From Marsupella aquatica (lineage: Eukaryota; Plantae; Marchantiophyta), in NCBI GenBank assembly GCA_973895155.1, contig OZ316895.1, forward strand, positions 13,760,225-13,824,224: a stretch of 64,000 bases of DNA. Reading direction: 5' to 3'. A model generated the notes under the pieces. The model was not told where the DNA came from. It searched no databases and worked only from the letters and a program-made list of their open reading frames with translations. Made by a program: the position numbers and the translations under genes. Positions 12,897 to 26,824 of the stretch are shown in pieces. Within the stretch, counting starts at the first letter, position 1, and every line of letters begins with the position of its first letter.

Positions 12897-15032
12897 TTGA
12901 GTTGAGAACAGTTTTTACGTTGTTTGCGCCGTCTAGGTGAAAACTGTGCTGGACCATGTACACTGCATTTGGGGTATTAAATCTGGGCTACACAGAAGGG
13001 TCATGAATCCCACGGTAGCTGTCTGCAGACTGGTGGGATGAACAATTTGTATAGATTAAGGGAAAGGAGAATACTGGTTACGATGATCTCCTCCCAAATT
13101 ATAGAAAATTTACGCACGAATTTTAGCACCACATTAGGTGCATTGGAATAGGTAGAAAATTTAGTCCAGAATAAAGGGAAGCAGTTTGACAATGCTTATG
13201 CTAGAGATAGCAAGAGGTCAAGAACTCTGCACAAGGTTGACGGCTAGTAGACATGAAAGAAGCGGAGACATCATAAAAGCATTGCAATAATATTCTGGTC
13301 ACTTTGACCTCAATAAGATGTCAAAACTTAGTGAAAAACTCTTCAAGGGCCTGCATTTGATTAACGGTGTCATCAGCACCCAATTCATTGACATAGCAAT
13401 TCGAATAACACATTTTTGTGTGTCACTCTCATTCATTTAAAGGACCAAGACTAATGTCACATGTTCATGGTGGATAGGCCCCTTATCCCAGTGTTTTTTT
13501 GTACTGGCGGGCTTGTAGTGAAATCCTTACCCAAGATTTGTGCCAGCTACAGAACCAATACAAAGAAAATGAAAAAAAATGAACTAAATTTTGTCACATT
13601 CCTCATTCCCCTGAGACCCTGATTACTACATTTAATGGTAGTCTGGACTCTTTAATTCCCAAAAGATCTAATGGTATGTGAGTGGCCACACAATAGTTCA
13701 CAGTCTTCCCCACTGACTTCCCCATTGTGGAGTGTGCCACATTTATGTGGTTCTGGATAAAAAATTCTTCGATTTACATTGTACTTTTAACTTAAAACAG
13801 TAAAATCCAACAGACTTATATTGAAGGCAGTTCTTGTCCATGGTGGTTAACTCTTTCCCAGGAAAACCGTTTATGATGTCAAAGCTGCAGCTTCCAGGAA
13901 ATTGATTTTGATTAAGAGAAGTTGTCTAAAAGGGTACGTAAGCCATGACAACTCTTAAATACTGTACTTACAACAAACTAAACCCAATGAACTCCCCAAA
14001 TGGAAGGGCTCCCTCTTGGTGGGGGGAACTCTGACTTCCCTGTGTTTCTTAATCTTGGAGAAGTAGCTAGGATTGCCATTTTGACCTGTTTCTTTCAAAT
14101 TCCAAATCCGGAATTTGTTAGACACCCCCAACACCCCCAACACACACAAAGAATGAAAAGTTCTGGGATTTGTAATTATTACTGAAAGTGAATTATACTA
14201 CATGGGCAAAGTAACTTACATATGTTTATAATATGGAGGGTTTACGTGTAACCACATGGTAAAAGGATGACCCACATCTTCCCATGCCCTGTAACTTATA
14301 CCAGTTCTAGGGCATGAATTATCAAAGTATCATTTCCCTGAGTTTACTCTCACAAAACAAAAAGGGAAAACAAAAGAAAAGAAATAGAATTAACTACTTC
14401 TCTATCATAGTTACCTAAATGATGATCTCATATTGGCAACCTAAGCCCAGGATGAGACTCTTTTGCAAAGCCTAGGAACGATATAATACTCAATTCAATC
14501 CCACTGTAAGCAACCAGGTCAAGTGGTGCACCTTTTGGGAGAAGTCCCATGAATTCTCCAGATCATTAATTTGGATACTAAATACTTCAGTCTGTGAAAT
14601 TGGAGACTTTTCTCAATGATGAAAAACATTTTCAGTCTCTCACTATCGATAGAAAAAAAAACTTTAGAAATCCCCCTCCTCCCCTTTGATTTTGGACCCC
14701 CATTAGGGGTCTCTTGCAAATTCTTTGTCATGAGGTTGCGCCACATCACCACAACCAGCCACAAACAGGAATGATCCTACTTTTAGCAATAACAAACGTG
14801 CACATTCCTGTTTGTGGCAAAAGTAACGTAATTTTTGGGGCGCCATGCAGTAAATATTAAACGTAAAAAAAACCAAAATACAAAGGAAGAGATGTCATTT
14901 AGTAAAATAAAATTACTATTTTGATGTTTGTCATAGATATATCAGTGTTTTATATCAAAATATTTGTATTTTTTAATTGTAAATGTACATAGTTAAAATT
15001 CCTTTAGCTTCACATTGTAAAACTAAATAATA

Positions 15033-15515
15033 AATCTCCTTAGTACTTGATAAAATCTGCCAATGTTTGATTCATTGGAAAATTCAAGATCAAGATTTAG
15101 AAACTCATGATCTCTTTAGTAATGTCGTGATAAAATCTCTCAATGTCACACTCATTAGAAAGTTAGAGTAAAATTAAAAACTCATAATCTCCTTAGTACT
15201 TGACAAAATCTATCAATGTTAGGTTCATTGGAAAGTTAGAGAAATTTAGATACTCATGATCTCTCTATTTCTTGACAAATAATCTCAATGTCACACATTA
15301 GAAAGCTAAAGAGATTGAAAATCTCCTGATCTCTTGAGTATCGTGACAAAATCTGACATGAATTTGTCAATGTCGGACTCAATGTTAGAAAGCTAAAAGA
15401 ATTCATAAACTCATGATCAAAATTTATTATACTCACACTCATTGGAAAGGCAAAGAAATTCAAAAACTCATATGGAACTTGACAAAATTTGTCAATTTGA
15501 GGCTCATTGGAAACC
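15033..15515. repeat. Degenerate minisatellite, ~70-75-bp unit, ~6 copies
   Basis: The unit ctcat(g/a)atctc..tagtacttga.aaaatct..caatgt...(c/t)tcatt(g/a)gaaag recurs through the region. Confidence 0.7.
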
Positions 15516-17678
15516 CTTTCTCAATTAAGAGATATCACAATCTCGTCACCGTCACAAACTTAACCACTACAAATTGATTTCTTTGATTACGTCGTCATCG
15601 CTGGTCCACAATGCTTGCTTCCCGGCTTGAATTGTTCGCATCTCTTAGATAGTCTTCAACTGAAAACATAGGTTGACGCCATTGAAATGCAGCCTCTATG
15701 TCAAAGAAACAATTGTTGGTCTTCCCTTCACACCATAGCTTTATTAAAAATAACTACAAATCCTTTGTTTGAAATGATGGCTCGTTTGTTTTGTGTGTTC
15801 CTCCCACCAAATCGACAAACGCTCTTTTGCCAACAGCTGAGTGTTGTGCTCCAGTCTATCTTGTGGCGGTGATGCTCAATGTAACTCACAAACAATCAAT
15901 CAACAAATGGTTGAAAGATGATTTCTCCAATGTGTAAGCAAAACCTATAAGAAAACTCAATTCCTCCACATTCAACCTTCCGTTTGATAAATCTCTATCT
16001 TTTGAGCATTTGTTTTTGTACGAGCACACACCAACACCATCGGGAGACTCAAAATTGTTAATTACCGCCTTGATGAAAATTGATTTCACTTAATCACACA
16101 CACATTCCTTGGATGAACATGGGGGTCCACGGATTAATTTCCAGATAGAAGTTGCCAATGGGTTTTCTAAAATACAGCCCCAAGAAGAATGGAAATAAAC
16201 CTCTTTGGAGATAATTAATTCAGAATTAACGTATCTTTTACACTGTCATGGCCTTCAACTAACATAGGCAATAATTTATCTCCATGACTCTCTGATGATC
16301 AGTCTCCAATAGTCAGCGGTGTTTGGCACACACCTTACAAAAGCCAAGTCTTGTGGTGCCTACCCCTTGCCACCCTAGCCTCCCATAGCAAACTGAGAAA
16401 TGCATACTGAGGAAAGAACATGATTGGGCTACAAGTAAGAGCTCAAGTAGCTGTCTGATTGTCAATTCTCTCTTGCTCACGCATCACAAGCAATTCCCAC
16501 AAGTTGGATCGAGTGGGAACTAGCTAGATCACCAACAAAGAAGAATTTTGGTTTCTATGTTTTTGACCTGCTTATTTTGTGGTTTGTTTTAAACTTGGAT
16601 ACCTTGCATTTTTCCCCAAGTCTACAAATGAATTTACATGTATGGGGGCAGGTGATTGATCATGAACAACAAGGGAAAGACCTCGGGGAAAGACATCCAA
16701 TTTTCCCTTGCAATAATCTTAACAAAATGTTTAGTTTCTGTGATGTACATGATAGAGGTCATAACAAACAGTGACTGTTGATATAAGCAAGTGATTGTAA
16801 AGAAAGCCTAGTTAGTCAGACAAAATTTTGAGCAATATCCCTTTAATTCATCAAACCTTCACTAACAAAACTCGATGCTTTTGATTCGTACGGATTGAAT
16901 GAAAGGAGTGCGGTAAAATGAAAACTTCTCGCATCAATATTAAACGAAGTGATCAGACAAGAATAATTCAAAGAACTTGAAGTGATCATCTGGACCTTTC
17001 TTTGGACCTCACCCTGTCAATTTCTGGAAAAGTAAATGATGCAGTTTGTTTCCTGACTTGTTCATTACTTTAAGACTAATATCTTATTTTCAACTTTGTA
17101 GACCTCTGGATCCTAGATATCGTTTTTAGATTTAATCTGTCACTATTCACTGGTTCCTCAAACTTATTTGATCCACAAAGAGCAGATGAAGCCATTTGCA
17201 ATTCGCTCCTGTACCAGCACGTCATTCAAAACAGAACTCAAGGAAACTACATTTGTCACAATTATACTCACATGGATGACTGGATGATGGCCACATTCTA
17301 AAGTTCACCTATTGATGACAGATTCCAGGGCATAATTTTGTAACTCCCAGTTATATCACTAAATTTGACTCAATTATATATATTACCCTAAAGGTCAGGG
17401 TACATTGATAGCCCAAGACACAGCCTAGACATGCATCAAGGGGCCATGACAGTTATTCAAACAACAGTAAACTAAAGAAGATTACTCTGTTTTAAGGACC
17501 CAAGACTTCAAGTGAGTATAAGAGTAAAGTATTTGCATAGATGCTAAACGATTGTGTGGTGATCAGTCTCAACAATGCAGGAGCTCATTCAATCAGTTAG
17601 GTGCCAATTAAAGTGGACAAGCTAACAACAAAGGGTTGTGTGGGACTAAAGTATATTTCTTTAGTGAGGTAGGCGAAA

Positions 17679-20600
17679 ATGGCAAAATTGTCATCGTCTC
17701 CTACAAGTATTGGGGAAATATTGGAACTCCATAAAATCCCTAAACTCCAAAAAGAGACGGTCATGGCAACTATTAAGAGCATAATTGGCTTGGGAAGCTC
17801 AAGAAAAGCTCGAGCTGCGAGTCTTCCCATAACAGCATGTTTCCCAGACAGAAGAGAGGTGGCAAGCACTGACAATAAGAAGAAGTTTAGATCATCATGG
17901 AAAGTTGGAAAGAAGGATGCCAAAGTAAGACTAAGGGGTGAAGACGCTCTTGATTCACCTCAACATAATGGAATCCAGGGTATTGAATTAAAACCTGTTA
18001 ATTATGGTAATATCTATCAGGTCCACAAATATTGACCCTTTGCTTTTAAAAGAAGGATAAATTTGGGAACCTCCATGTGAGTACCATAAACAATTTAAAC
18101 AAAATAACACCCTGTCACTGGTGTCCATGTGAAATCCAATATGTATCCTTCCATCATAATTAAATAGCCCAAAACAAAGTGACCACACATCAAATTTAAA
18201 ATGTCACTGTACTGTCCTACATGACATATACAATCTTGCCTTTAAGTAAACAATAATTTTCAGTCATGAAACCAAAGTATATAATTACAAGTGTGGGCAC
18301 CCAATTGTTTAGTGACGATTGAAGTTTTGATTTGCTATCTTGCTATTTTTCATCATTTAAAAATTTAGGAACGTACAACACCCCTTAAGTTTCTTAAAAT
18401 CTCAATTTTCACAAAGCTCCAATCTTTCTAAATTTAAGTTTTCACTAGCCCCGATTACCCGTTCTTTGAACATGAATAGCGGAGAGGACAATAAAAGAAT
18501 TATCAAAATATTTTTTTGATTCATATTATTTGAAGATTAATGAAATGATAAAAAAACCCATCATTTTAATAATCATATATAATATATCATTCTCCTTGAT
18601 GTGCACAGGCTTTTTGTATGCACATCCATGTTCTATGCACATATGTTGTGGAAGGGCCATACTACCTATATTTTTTTAATGTAAATATTTAAAAATTATC
18701 ATATAAAACTGGCATGTATATACATCATAGTCATGTCATAAGTTTTTCCCATGTATATGATGATCATGCACATGATGACCATAGAGTTACGGTCTAGAGG
18801 CTTCACTCTAGACCCTAGCTTGTGAAAAGTAGGCTGCAATTCGTGCTTTATTAGTAAAATTTACCTGTGTTGGTAGTGGCAAAAAATTTCAGAATGTTAT
18901 AATTGACAAATTTACATTCCTTGTGTATGGCAAGGGTTGAACTGAGGACCACCATTGCCCACACCAGAGTCTCAACCAGTGGGTTGGACTTAAAGTCTAG
19001 CTGCATAATTATTATAACAAAGAATTTTTACTTTGTACCTTCTAATTGCAACTAAGAGGAGTGCTACATGAAGCTCTCTACTTGCGCACATAATTATTAG
19101 TAGTCGGTTATTAGCATTAAGTACAGTTATTATTTTTATTCCTCATGACCTGTGCTAGTTGCTATAAATTTTGTCACTCTTTTTATCATTTTCAAAAATG
19201 ATTTACATTTTAACTTACTGATTAAGATACACTACTGTAGGTGTAGTTTGACTATGGTACCAGATAAACTAACAAATTATATTCAAGGATGGGCAATCTA
19301 TTACAAGTGTAGGCATGGACAATCTTAGATTTTCTCAGACAGTAGATTCCAAACAAAAGTTTACCATCTATTAAATTTGGCGTGGACAACAAGCTTTTGA
19401 GTAAAAGTTCGTGTTATTATTATCTCACATAATGGTATCCAGTACTAAGGAGTGATATTTTTCCTAAAATGTTCACAAACAGGAATATTTAAGGAAAAAT
19501 AGTCAAGAATTGAGCTCATAATAGATAATTAAAGCAGAACACAAATTGTCTACACCATCCTAACACTACTCTACATGGATGGACCGCTTTGTGCAACACT
19601 GATTTTTTGGATGACCATATATTTTGGGGTCATACCCAGGGTACCTGGGGTAATTTAGATTTTAGATTCCACATTATTAATCATAGTATGAAATGAGATT
19701 ATTGCAATAAGGTTGGATTTGGATGGTGCAATCATTGACTTCAAACTGAGAACGAATAATATTAACATGAAAATGTTTGTTGTTCCAATGTAGTTCTGTT
19801 ACTAACAGTCTTGTAGTGTTGTTTTTAATTGTTGTTAAAATGTTGATGCTTCAAAGTACACAATCAAGTATTGAATAGAGTGCTTGATGCATGATGGTTG
19901 TTAACAATGCAAGTCATGGAATAAATCAATTTTGAATTATGATGTAAAACAATTTTCAATGACAGAAACTAGGACAGTTGGGGCAACCACTCAATCCAGT
20001 TTTTCTAAAAGAAATAAGAATTGCCCTGAAGGAGATGAGACATCAACACTGACCACATCAACTACAACTAAAGGTGACAAAGAAAAACTATTAATTATCT
20101 AAGGGAGTGTATGAAAAGTGGGATAATATTAGAGACCTCAGTTCCAAACCTGGAATGCCCAAAGAGGCATGGCTCTATGGTAGCTCACTTTGAGTTGAGA
20201 CTCATAGGTGTAGAGTTTAAATGTTGCAACTGACTGCAATTCCCAATCTGTACGTGGGGTTTCACAGATTTTCCCTTTTTATTACAAAAATAAGTTCCAA
20301 ACATGGAAATTTGCCTTGACCCACTTTAATATGCTTAAGTTCAGAAATCTAAACAACGTTGCTATTTGTGACTTATTATCTGGTCTCAGATCAGCTTCAA
20401 TATACCTTTCACATTAATCAAAGGTAAATGATAGATCAAGCTATATTTCAGCATATATTTCATGAGTACAAGTGATTGTGACTTCTGTCCAATACTTCAC
20501 CATAAACAACATTCATTGTCTCCATTAACTTAGTCTGCCACCATTTTTATGACTTTTATGGTTTTGTCATAACTTAGCAAATTGTCTTGTGGCAGATAGA

Positions 20601-21942
20601 TGGAGACTTTATCCCATGCAATACAAATGAACAAAAGAAATCAAGACAACAAGCATATCTGAGAAAGTTACAAGATGAAGAAACTAAGTTGTATGGAAAG
20701 TTTGAGGATGATTCTAAGCTGCAAGCTCGTGGAATCTATCTTAAGAACATCCAAGAAGAAGAGGCCAAGCTGTTTGCCTTCCCAATTAACCTGAAGGTTA
20801 CTAGTTCCTGGGAAGGAGTCGAAGAAAAAGAAATAGAAAATAAGTATGCACGGTATGATTGTAAAACACGTGAAGCTTATCTAAAGAATCTCCAAGAAGT
20901 GGAGACCAAGTTATTTTCTTTCCCAAATGACTCGAATGTTATCAGTGCCTTGGATGACCTCGAAGAAGGACAAGAAAGACAACATCATTTTGTGAATGAT
21001 GAGCTAAGGCAAATAAAGCTAAATAATATCAAGCAACTAGACATAGATGTAAAAGGTGAAGACTACCCTGCTGTTAAGGAAGCTTTGTGGCAAAGTGAGC
21101 TAGACCTCAAATTTAACCTAAGACAAGAACTCAAAGATAGTAAGTGCATTTCAAAACTTAAACTACATCAACTGGATCATGCACCAGTCCTGTGGCCAAG
21201 CCCTCAAATGCAGAAAGCAATAATTGCAAGTCCTCCTCCCCTGGTATCAATATTGTCAAGCCCGATGGCAAGTAGTCCTGGTGATCAAGAAGAAGGTTCA
21301 GATCTTGGAAGCTTAAATGAGCACTTGCAAGGTACAGATAATGGCCCCATACAACAAGAGAGGGCCACTTCTCCGGTAAATTCATATACATTGTCTTTCA
21401 TTTGAATATTGAAAAGACAGTTTAAGTTTAAGTGTGGAATTTGAATATTTGTTAGTTTTTATAGGGGGGATTTAAATTGAAAAGACTTTCTCACTGAAAC
21501 ATGAGTTGTTAAGGTAAGCCCACAGTTCAGACATAAGGTCAAGGCTTTCTAGTAGGAAGGACCTGAAATGTGACACAAACAAAAAAAATTCAAAACACCC
21601 CCTTTTTTCAGGGGGGGGGGGCGGGGTGGGGGGGGGGGGGGGGTGGGGGTGTGTGTGTTTGGAACACAAGTCCTGGGCCATGGTCTGGGTCCTGGTTTTT
21701 GGTGGATGATGATATTAGGGTTCTACTTAGTGGGCCCATTTTGAAAAAATCCATGATGTTTCTCTTTTTTGTTTGCCAACCCTGAAAACTCACAATGAGG
21801 GATTTAATGAGTTTCTCTTTGGACCTCTTTTCTTTCAATTCATTGTACTTTGTTTGGCCTCTTTTGTTAATATATTATGTCTGGCAGTATTCAGACTTAT
21901 GGTATTTCTTTAATGTACTTTGTTTTGCCCTCCTTTGTAAAT

Positions 21943-21987
<45 letters not shown>

Positions 21988-24514
21988 ATAAGGTTGGTTT
22001 GTCACTAAAGAATTGCAGTGACCTTCCTTTGTTGTTCAACCCTGAACTCGACCAAGGTTTTCAGTACACGGCTCACTAGGGCTCTTGTGCTTGGGCAGTC
22101 CGGTGGGGTTATTGTTCTTTTGGGGAGTTTTGTTCTTTGGTCATGTGGGATTTTTTGGCTTTTGGACCTTTGGCTCTTGCATTTCATGAGTTTTCTCGTT
22201 TGTTCTCCCCCGTTTTGTTGGGTTTGTTGGATCAAGTCTTCACATTTTAAATTTTTGTTTGCATTTGGGATCATGTCTCCAAGTTAGGCTTTTTTTGTTG
22301 TTCCTTTGCAATTATATATATAACTGTTTGCTAGCTGTGATAGAGAGCTTTCTGAGAATCCTCCAATTCGGCTCCGTAGTCCTGCATAATGTCTCCTCCT
22401 CTAATTGCTTCACGCATCTCGTCTAATTGCTTCATGCATCACGTCGATCAGCACCATTCGCAGTCTCAACAAGAAATTTAATGCAGCTTGAATGATGTGC
22501 GCATGGCGTAGGAAATTCGAACCAGCCTTCAGCAAGAAGGCGCGAATACTGCACCTGAACTTGCGCGAGTCCTCCTCAACATAGAAAATCGAAGCAATCC
22601 TCAACATCGAGAAGCTGCAAATCCACGTCCTGAAGCAGAGGGAGACACTCGACGCAATCCTCAGCAACAAGAAGGTGATGGGAATGGAGTCCGCGACATC
22701 GATCCACGATACCAGAGGCCTCGAGTGGACAGAAGCGTCGGCACTGATGAGGAGCAGCGGAACAGCAGCATCTGGAAGACTTCGGACCCTGAGCTTGAGG
22801 TGTCGACACAGACGGAGGAGCGACTGGCGCTGCAAGGGCAGTCCGACGACGCAGAAGCTGGTCGAAATCGAGTCCGGGCCAGCTTCGAGAAGAACCTGGC
22901 CGAGCTCGATGCGGCCATCGTGCATGTTCATGTCCAGGAGGACAAGATGGCCAAGCTCTGCTCGGCTACGATGATGATGTCGGAGCGAGCAGTACAGGGC
23001 AGCAGTACTGCTACCAGATCCCCGATCTTGTCTCGAGCCGTGGGAAAGCAGTCCAAGGGAGAAGCTGTCGAGGAAGATCTGGAGAGCGATGTGGACTCCG
23101 ATGACTTGTCTTTCCATGAAACGCAGGAAGAGTTTTCCATGGTCGACGACTCGGAGTGGCCCAAAACTGCAGGCTCAGATGTAGATTCACAGCAGGACGA
23201 ATTCCAACGAATTCCAGGTGGTTGATTTATTCTCACGCGAGAACTCGTCGGGTAATCGGATATAAATCTCGTGAGCCGTTTGGTCCGATATCAAAGAGTC
23301 GAATCAACTTCTAGAGTACTCTGTCCTCGGTCGAATGTCAAGACTCGACCATCATTCAAATTATTATTCTGGACGAGTCCTAGTTAGACGGATTTTTTGT
23401 TACATAATTAGAGGATCACTTTACGCCAAATCAGTTCCAATATGATTTTGAGCCACCGCAGTTGTTCGTTTTGCTCGTTGATTGGAAAGTAACACAGCAT
23501 CGGAGTCAAGCAAAGCACTAACTTCAAGCAATTAAGCCAAACCTGAGCTAAAACGAATGAACCAATCACACTTGACTTCCAACTCAAAATGTACAGATAT
23601 TCTTGCGGTTGGCTAGCAGGCTGTGATGAAGAGCCAGTTTCGATTCCAGGTCTTTAGCCTCCAAATTAAGTCCCAAATTTGAATCGAGCCTCACTTGAAC
23701 TGTGAAGACAAACTGACTGTCTTTTGAGTAATCGACTAACCACTAACCCAACAGCGTCATGCAGGTGATCACTATGTGGAAAGGCGGTGGAGGAGTCGAG
23801 ACTTGAGATGGCTCGGTAGTAATGATTGTCGAGGTCTTGAAAGTACCACTTCTATGGTCCGTGATGGGAATACCTCGACAAGCAACTCCAACTTTACTGA
23901 CGAGGACTTAGCTCTGCAAACCACATCGATCCAAAGACCCCGAAGCTACTCGGCGAATCGGGCCAAACTACTTGCCGGGGCTAGCTAGTGATGCAGCTCA
24001 GAAGACCCAACAACCATGTAGGCGTGTACCTTTGAACAATGCCGTAAGCTATTATGACGAGCAACAGTCGAGGAGACCAAGTCTAGTACGGCGACGAAGC
24101 AGCAGTAGTGCGGCAATTCTGGCGAGATTGTCTGCGGTTGCAAGCAGCAGTAGCAGTGGGCAATTGTCAAGCGATGCTTCTGAAAACTATGATACAAGCT
24201 ATCCTGATCAGGATATGATCAAGACGAGACAGTTATCGCGTACGCAAAGTAGTAACAATGAAGCCATTTCAGCTAGGCTATCTGAAATTGCACGAGACGA
24301 GGCTCAGCGATCAACAAGTATGGTTCCGAGCAATACCATCACTTATGAGTACTGTCCCACGAGACCACTTCGCAGCGAGAGTAGCAATACGGCAATCCTG
24401 GCAAGACTGGTGGCAGTTGCCAAAGGGGAGAACATTGAGCAAATCTCCGCGAAATCCTCTCTAAGCAATAATAATGAGGAAATTCAGATGAAACCTACAT
24501 CCTCTAGTAGGCGA

Positions 24515-24551
<37 letters not shown>

Positions 24552-26824
24552 CGGCAATTCGGGGAATGCTCTCCACAGTTCTAAACAACGAAGAGACTCG
24601 GCCATCACCAAGAGATACATTTGGACACTTGAATATCGAGCCTGACCAACAGCCTACACCACCTCGCCTGAGGCGAAGTAGCAGTAGCAGTGGTTCCGCG
24701 ATTCTGGCTAGATTGTCTACAATCGTAGGTGAGGCTCAGAGATCTAGTGACAGCAGTCAGCAGTCTTCCAAGGACAGCATGATTGCCAACAGCTCCCATA
24801 ATACTCGTCAAGAACTCCCGAGTACACCGGTCCCCAGGCGCAGCAGCCGCAGCGGCAGGAGCAGCTCTGCTGCCATGCAAGGCAGGTTTTTGGTCAGTAC
24901 GAACGATGAGACGCCTCAATGTCAATCGTCGGACCTTAGTAAACAGAACTTGTTCAGTTATAATCGCAAGGACTCTCGGAGAATATTCAGCCGCCAGCAA
25001 AGTATCGTCAACGGTGCAGGCTTACCTCTGCCCAAGCAACTCAATGTCCCGAGGGAAGATGAGGTACAACAATTGTTGAGAAATGTCCGAGTCGTCGTTG
25101 GCAATCCAAGCAAGGACGATGAGGAAATTGTCAGTAAGAGACCTGCCGCGAGACGAAGCAGTAGCGGTGAAGCAATTTTGGCGAGGCTGTCTATCGCTTT
25201 CGGAAATAAGCAAACCTCAGGTATTACATTATTGTATTCTTGTACCGGGTCTAACAACTATCGCGTAGCTTAACTTAGGCACTGTCTTCAAAACTTCCTT
25301 GGATCATACGTCAGATCTAGTGTATTTCTATTGCAGATCGCAATACATGGTAATCGCGGCTTGTGAGTTAGGCAATCACCTCGATCATTGCTAGATTACA
25401 TAATTTGGTACTGTCAACTAATGGGGCGTTCAATTGGCTAAATCTCCACAAGGTGATCCATCTTTGGAAGCCAGCGACAGGACTGAAACACTTCAACTGG
25501 ACCAGGCGCAACAAGACACAGTAGTGCCCTCAGGAAAGGACGAGCCAATTCAGCAATTAAACAGAGCTTCAGCGTCACCAAGCAGCAGTAGCAACTATCA
25601 AATCATATCGCAAGAGATGGAGCTGCAGGGGAGTAATCTGAGTACTCGATGCAGGGAAGTCTTGAGCATACACACCAGCAAGGAATCCCCAATGCCAACG
25701 GTATTGAAGATGGGTCTTCGATATGGAGATTTCTTAATCCATTCGAATACGATTAACCACCAGGTGACAATAAAACTCATCTTGAGCGAAGCCTAGATGC
25801 AAACTCGGAACAAACCTGGTTGGTAACTGCACAGGAGCGAGAAATCATAAAGGCCTTGGCACAATTGAGGCAAGACAGCCTGGACCGCATGACGGCTATA
25901 GAAAACTTACAAGTTCCCAATTTTGATGAGTTGGCACTAGCACAGTTTAGTGCTAAGGAATCGATGACTCGAATACGGTCCATAACAATGACTCAGGATT
26001 GGGAAACAATTAAAGGCAAGCAAGTGGTTGTGCCAGGTGAGTATCTCACTGGCCAGGAGAGTGCCAGCACTTCTGGAACGACTCGGCAAAGGAGAGACTC
26101 CGAGGGAGATTCTGGACAGAAAAAAATTGAGGTGCAACGAACATGGGTGGCACTAATGGAGGAACGGGAGATTGCCAAAGCATTAGATCAGTTGAGCAAC
26201 GAGAATCTGGGCCGAGGTACTTTAAGAAGCGGCCTATAGCTTTATGGGTCAGTTTTGCAAAGCTGACATTGTCTTTCAGTTGGACCTTTGTGCCCAAGCA
26301 CGGAAGTTGAGCTTGTGCTTCGGAACTGAAAGGCGTTGCTGATGGAATGATCTTCATTCAACAGTTGGTAGGTGTTTTGAGTAAATTCAATTTCATAGTA
26401 TTCTCAAAGGCTCCAGATTTTGGAACTGAACAAGCGTTCATGCCTAACAAGCATGCCTAACAAGTACTCAGGGTCATCTCTCCGGAGCTTGTGGACTATC
26501 TTTCAATTCCCACAAGCATGATCAGATTGATTTCGAGCCAACTGGATGGTACTTAAGTTACTGTCCCTTTCATGATCTGGCTGCTAGGTTACTTTCGAAT
26601 CGTGCTGTAAACCAGTGCAAAGTTTGACCATGCCAACAGCTACGAACGACCACTGGAATTCGAGGAAACGAGCTCAGGAGCTACTGACAATCATAATGCA
26701 ACTTCCTGAGTGGGACGAACGTCCTCGAATTGAGTACATGAGTGAGACGGCCCAAGCCATAGAAAGGAAAGTAGATGCTGAATCTCCAAGCAAGCAGAGG
26801 AGGGATACATTTGAGAAAATTTGA
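17679..26824 (+). CDS. Orphan ~1,370-aa low-complexity Ser/Arg-rich repeat protein, 7 exons, one apparent frameshift (gene or recent pseudogene)
   Basis: Phase-matched GT-AG exons link the long ORFs of the track: 17679-18020, 20596-21375, 22512-23217, 23765-25220, 25453-~25632 (or 25700), 25764-26216, 26616-26824. A +1 shift is needed in the GGGG run at 23977-23980. No recognisable globular domain. Confidence 0.6.
21946..21984. repeat. (CT)n microsatellite
   Basis: Perfect CT run inside a predicted intron. Confidence 0.95.

Noticed and set aside
19966-20073. Possible extra exon of the orphan gene
   Set aside because: The phase-0 frame hits a stop, and exons 1 and 2 already join in phase without it.
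21611-21649. Poly-G tracts (also ~3560-3578) as G-quadruplex regulators
   Set aside because: Simple homopolymer runs of uncertain assembly length, with no supporting context.
22410-23236. Long minus-strand ORFs (235 aa, 102 aa)
   Set aside because: Antisense to the spliced plus-strand exon 22512-23217 and explained by its GC-rich codon structure.
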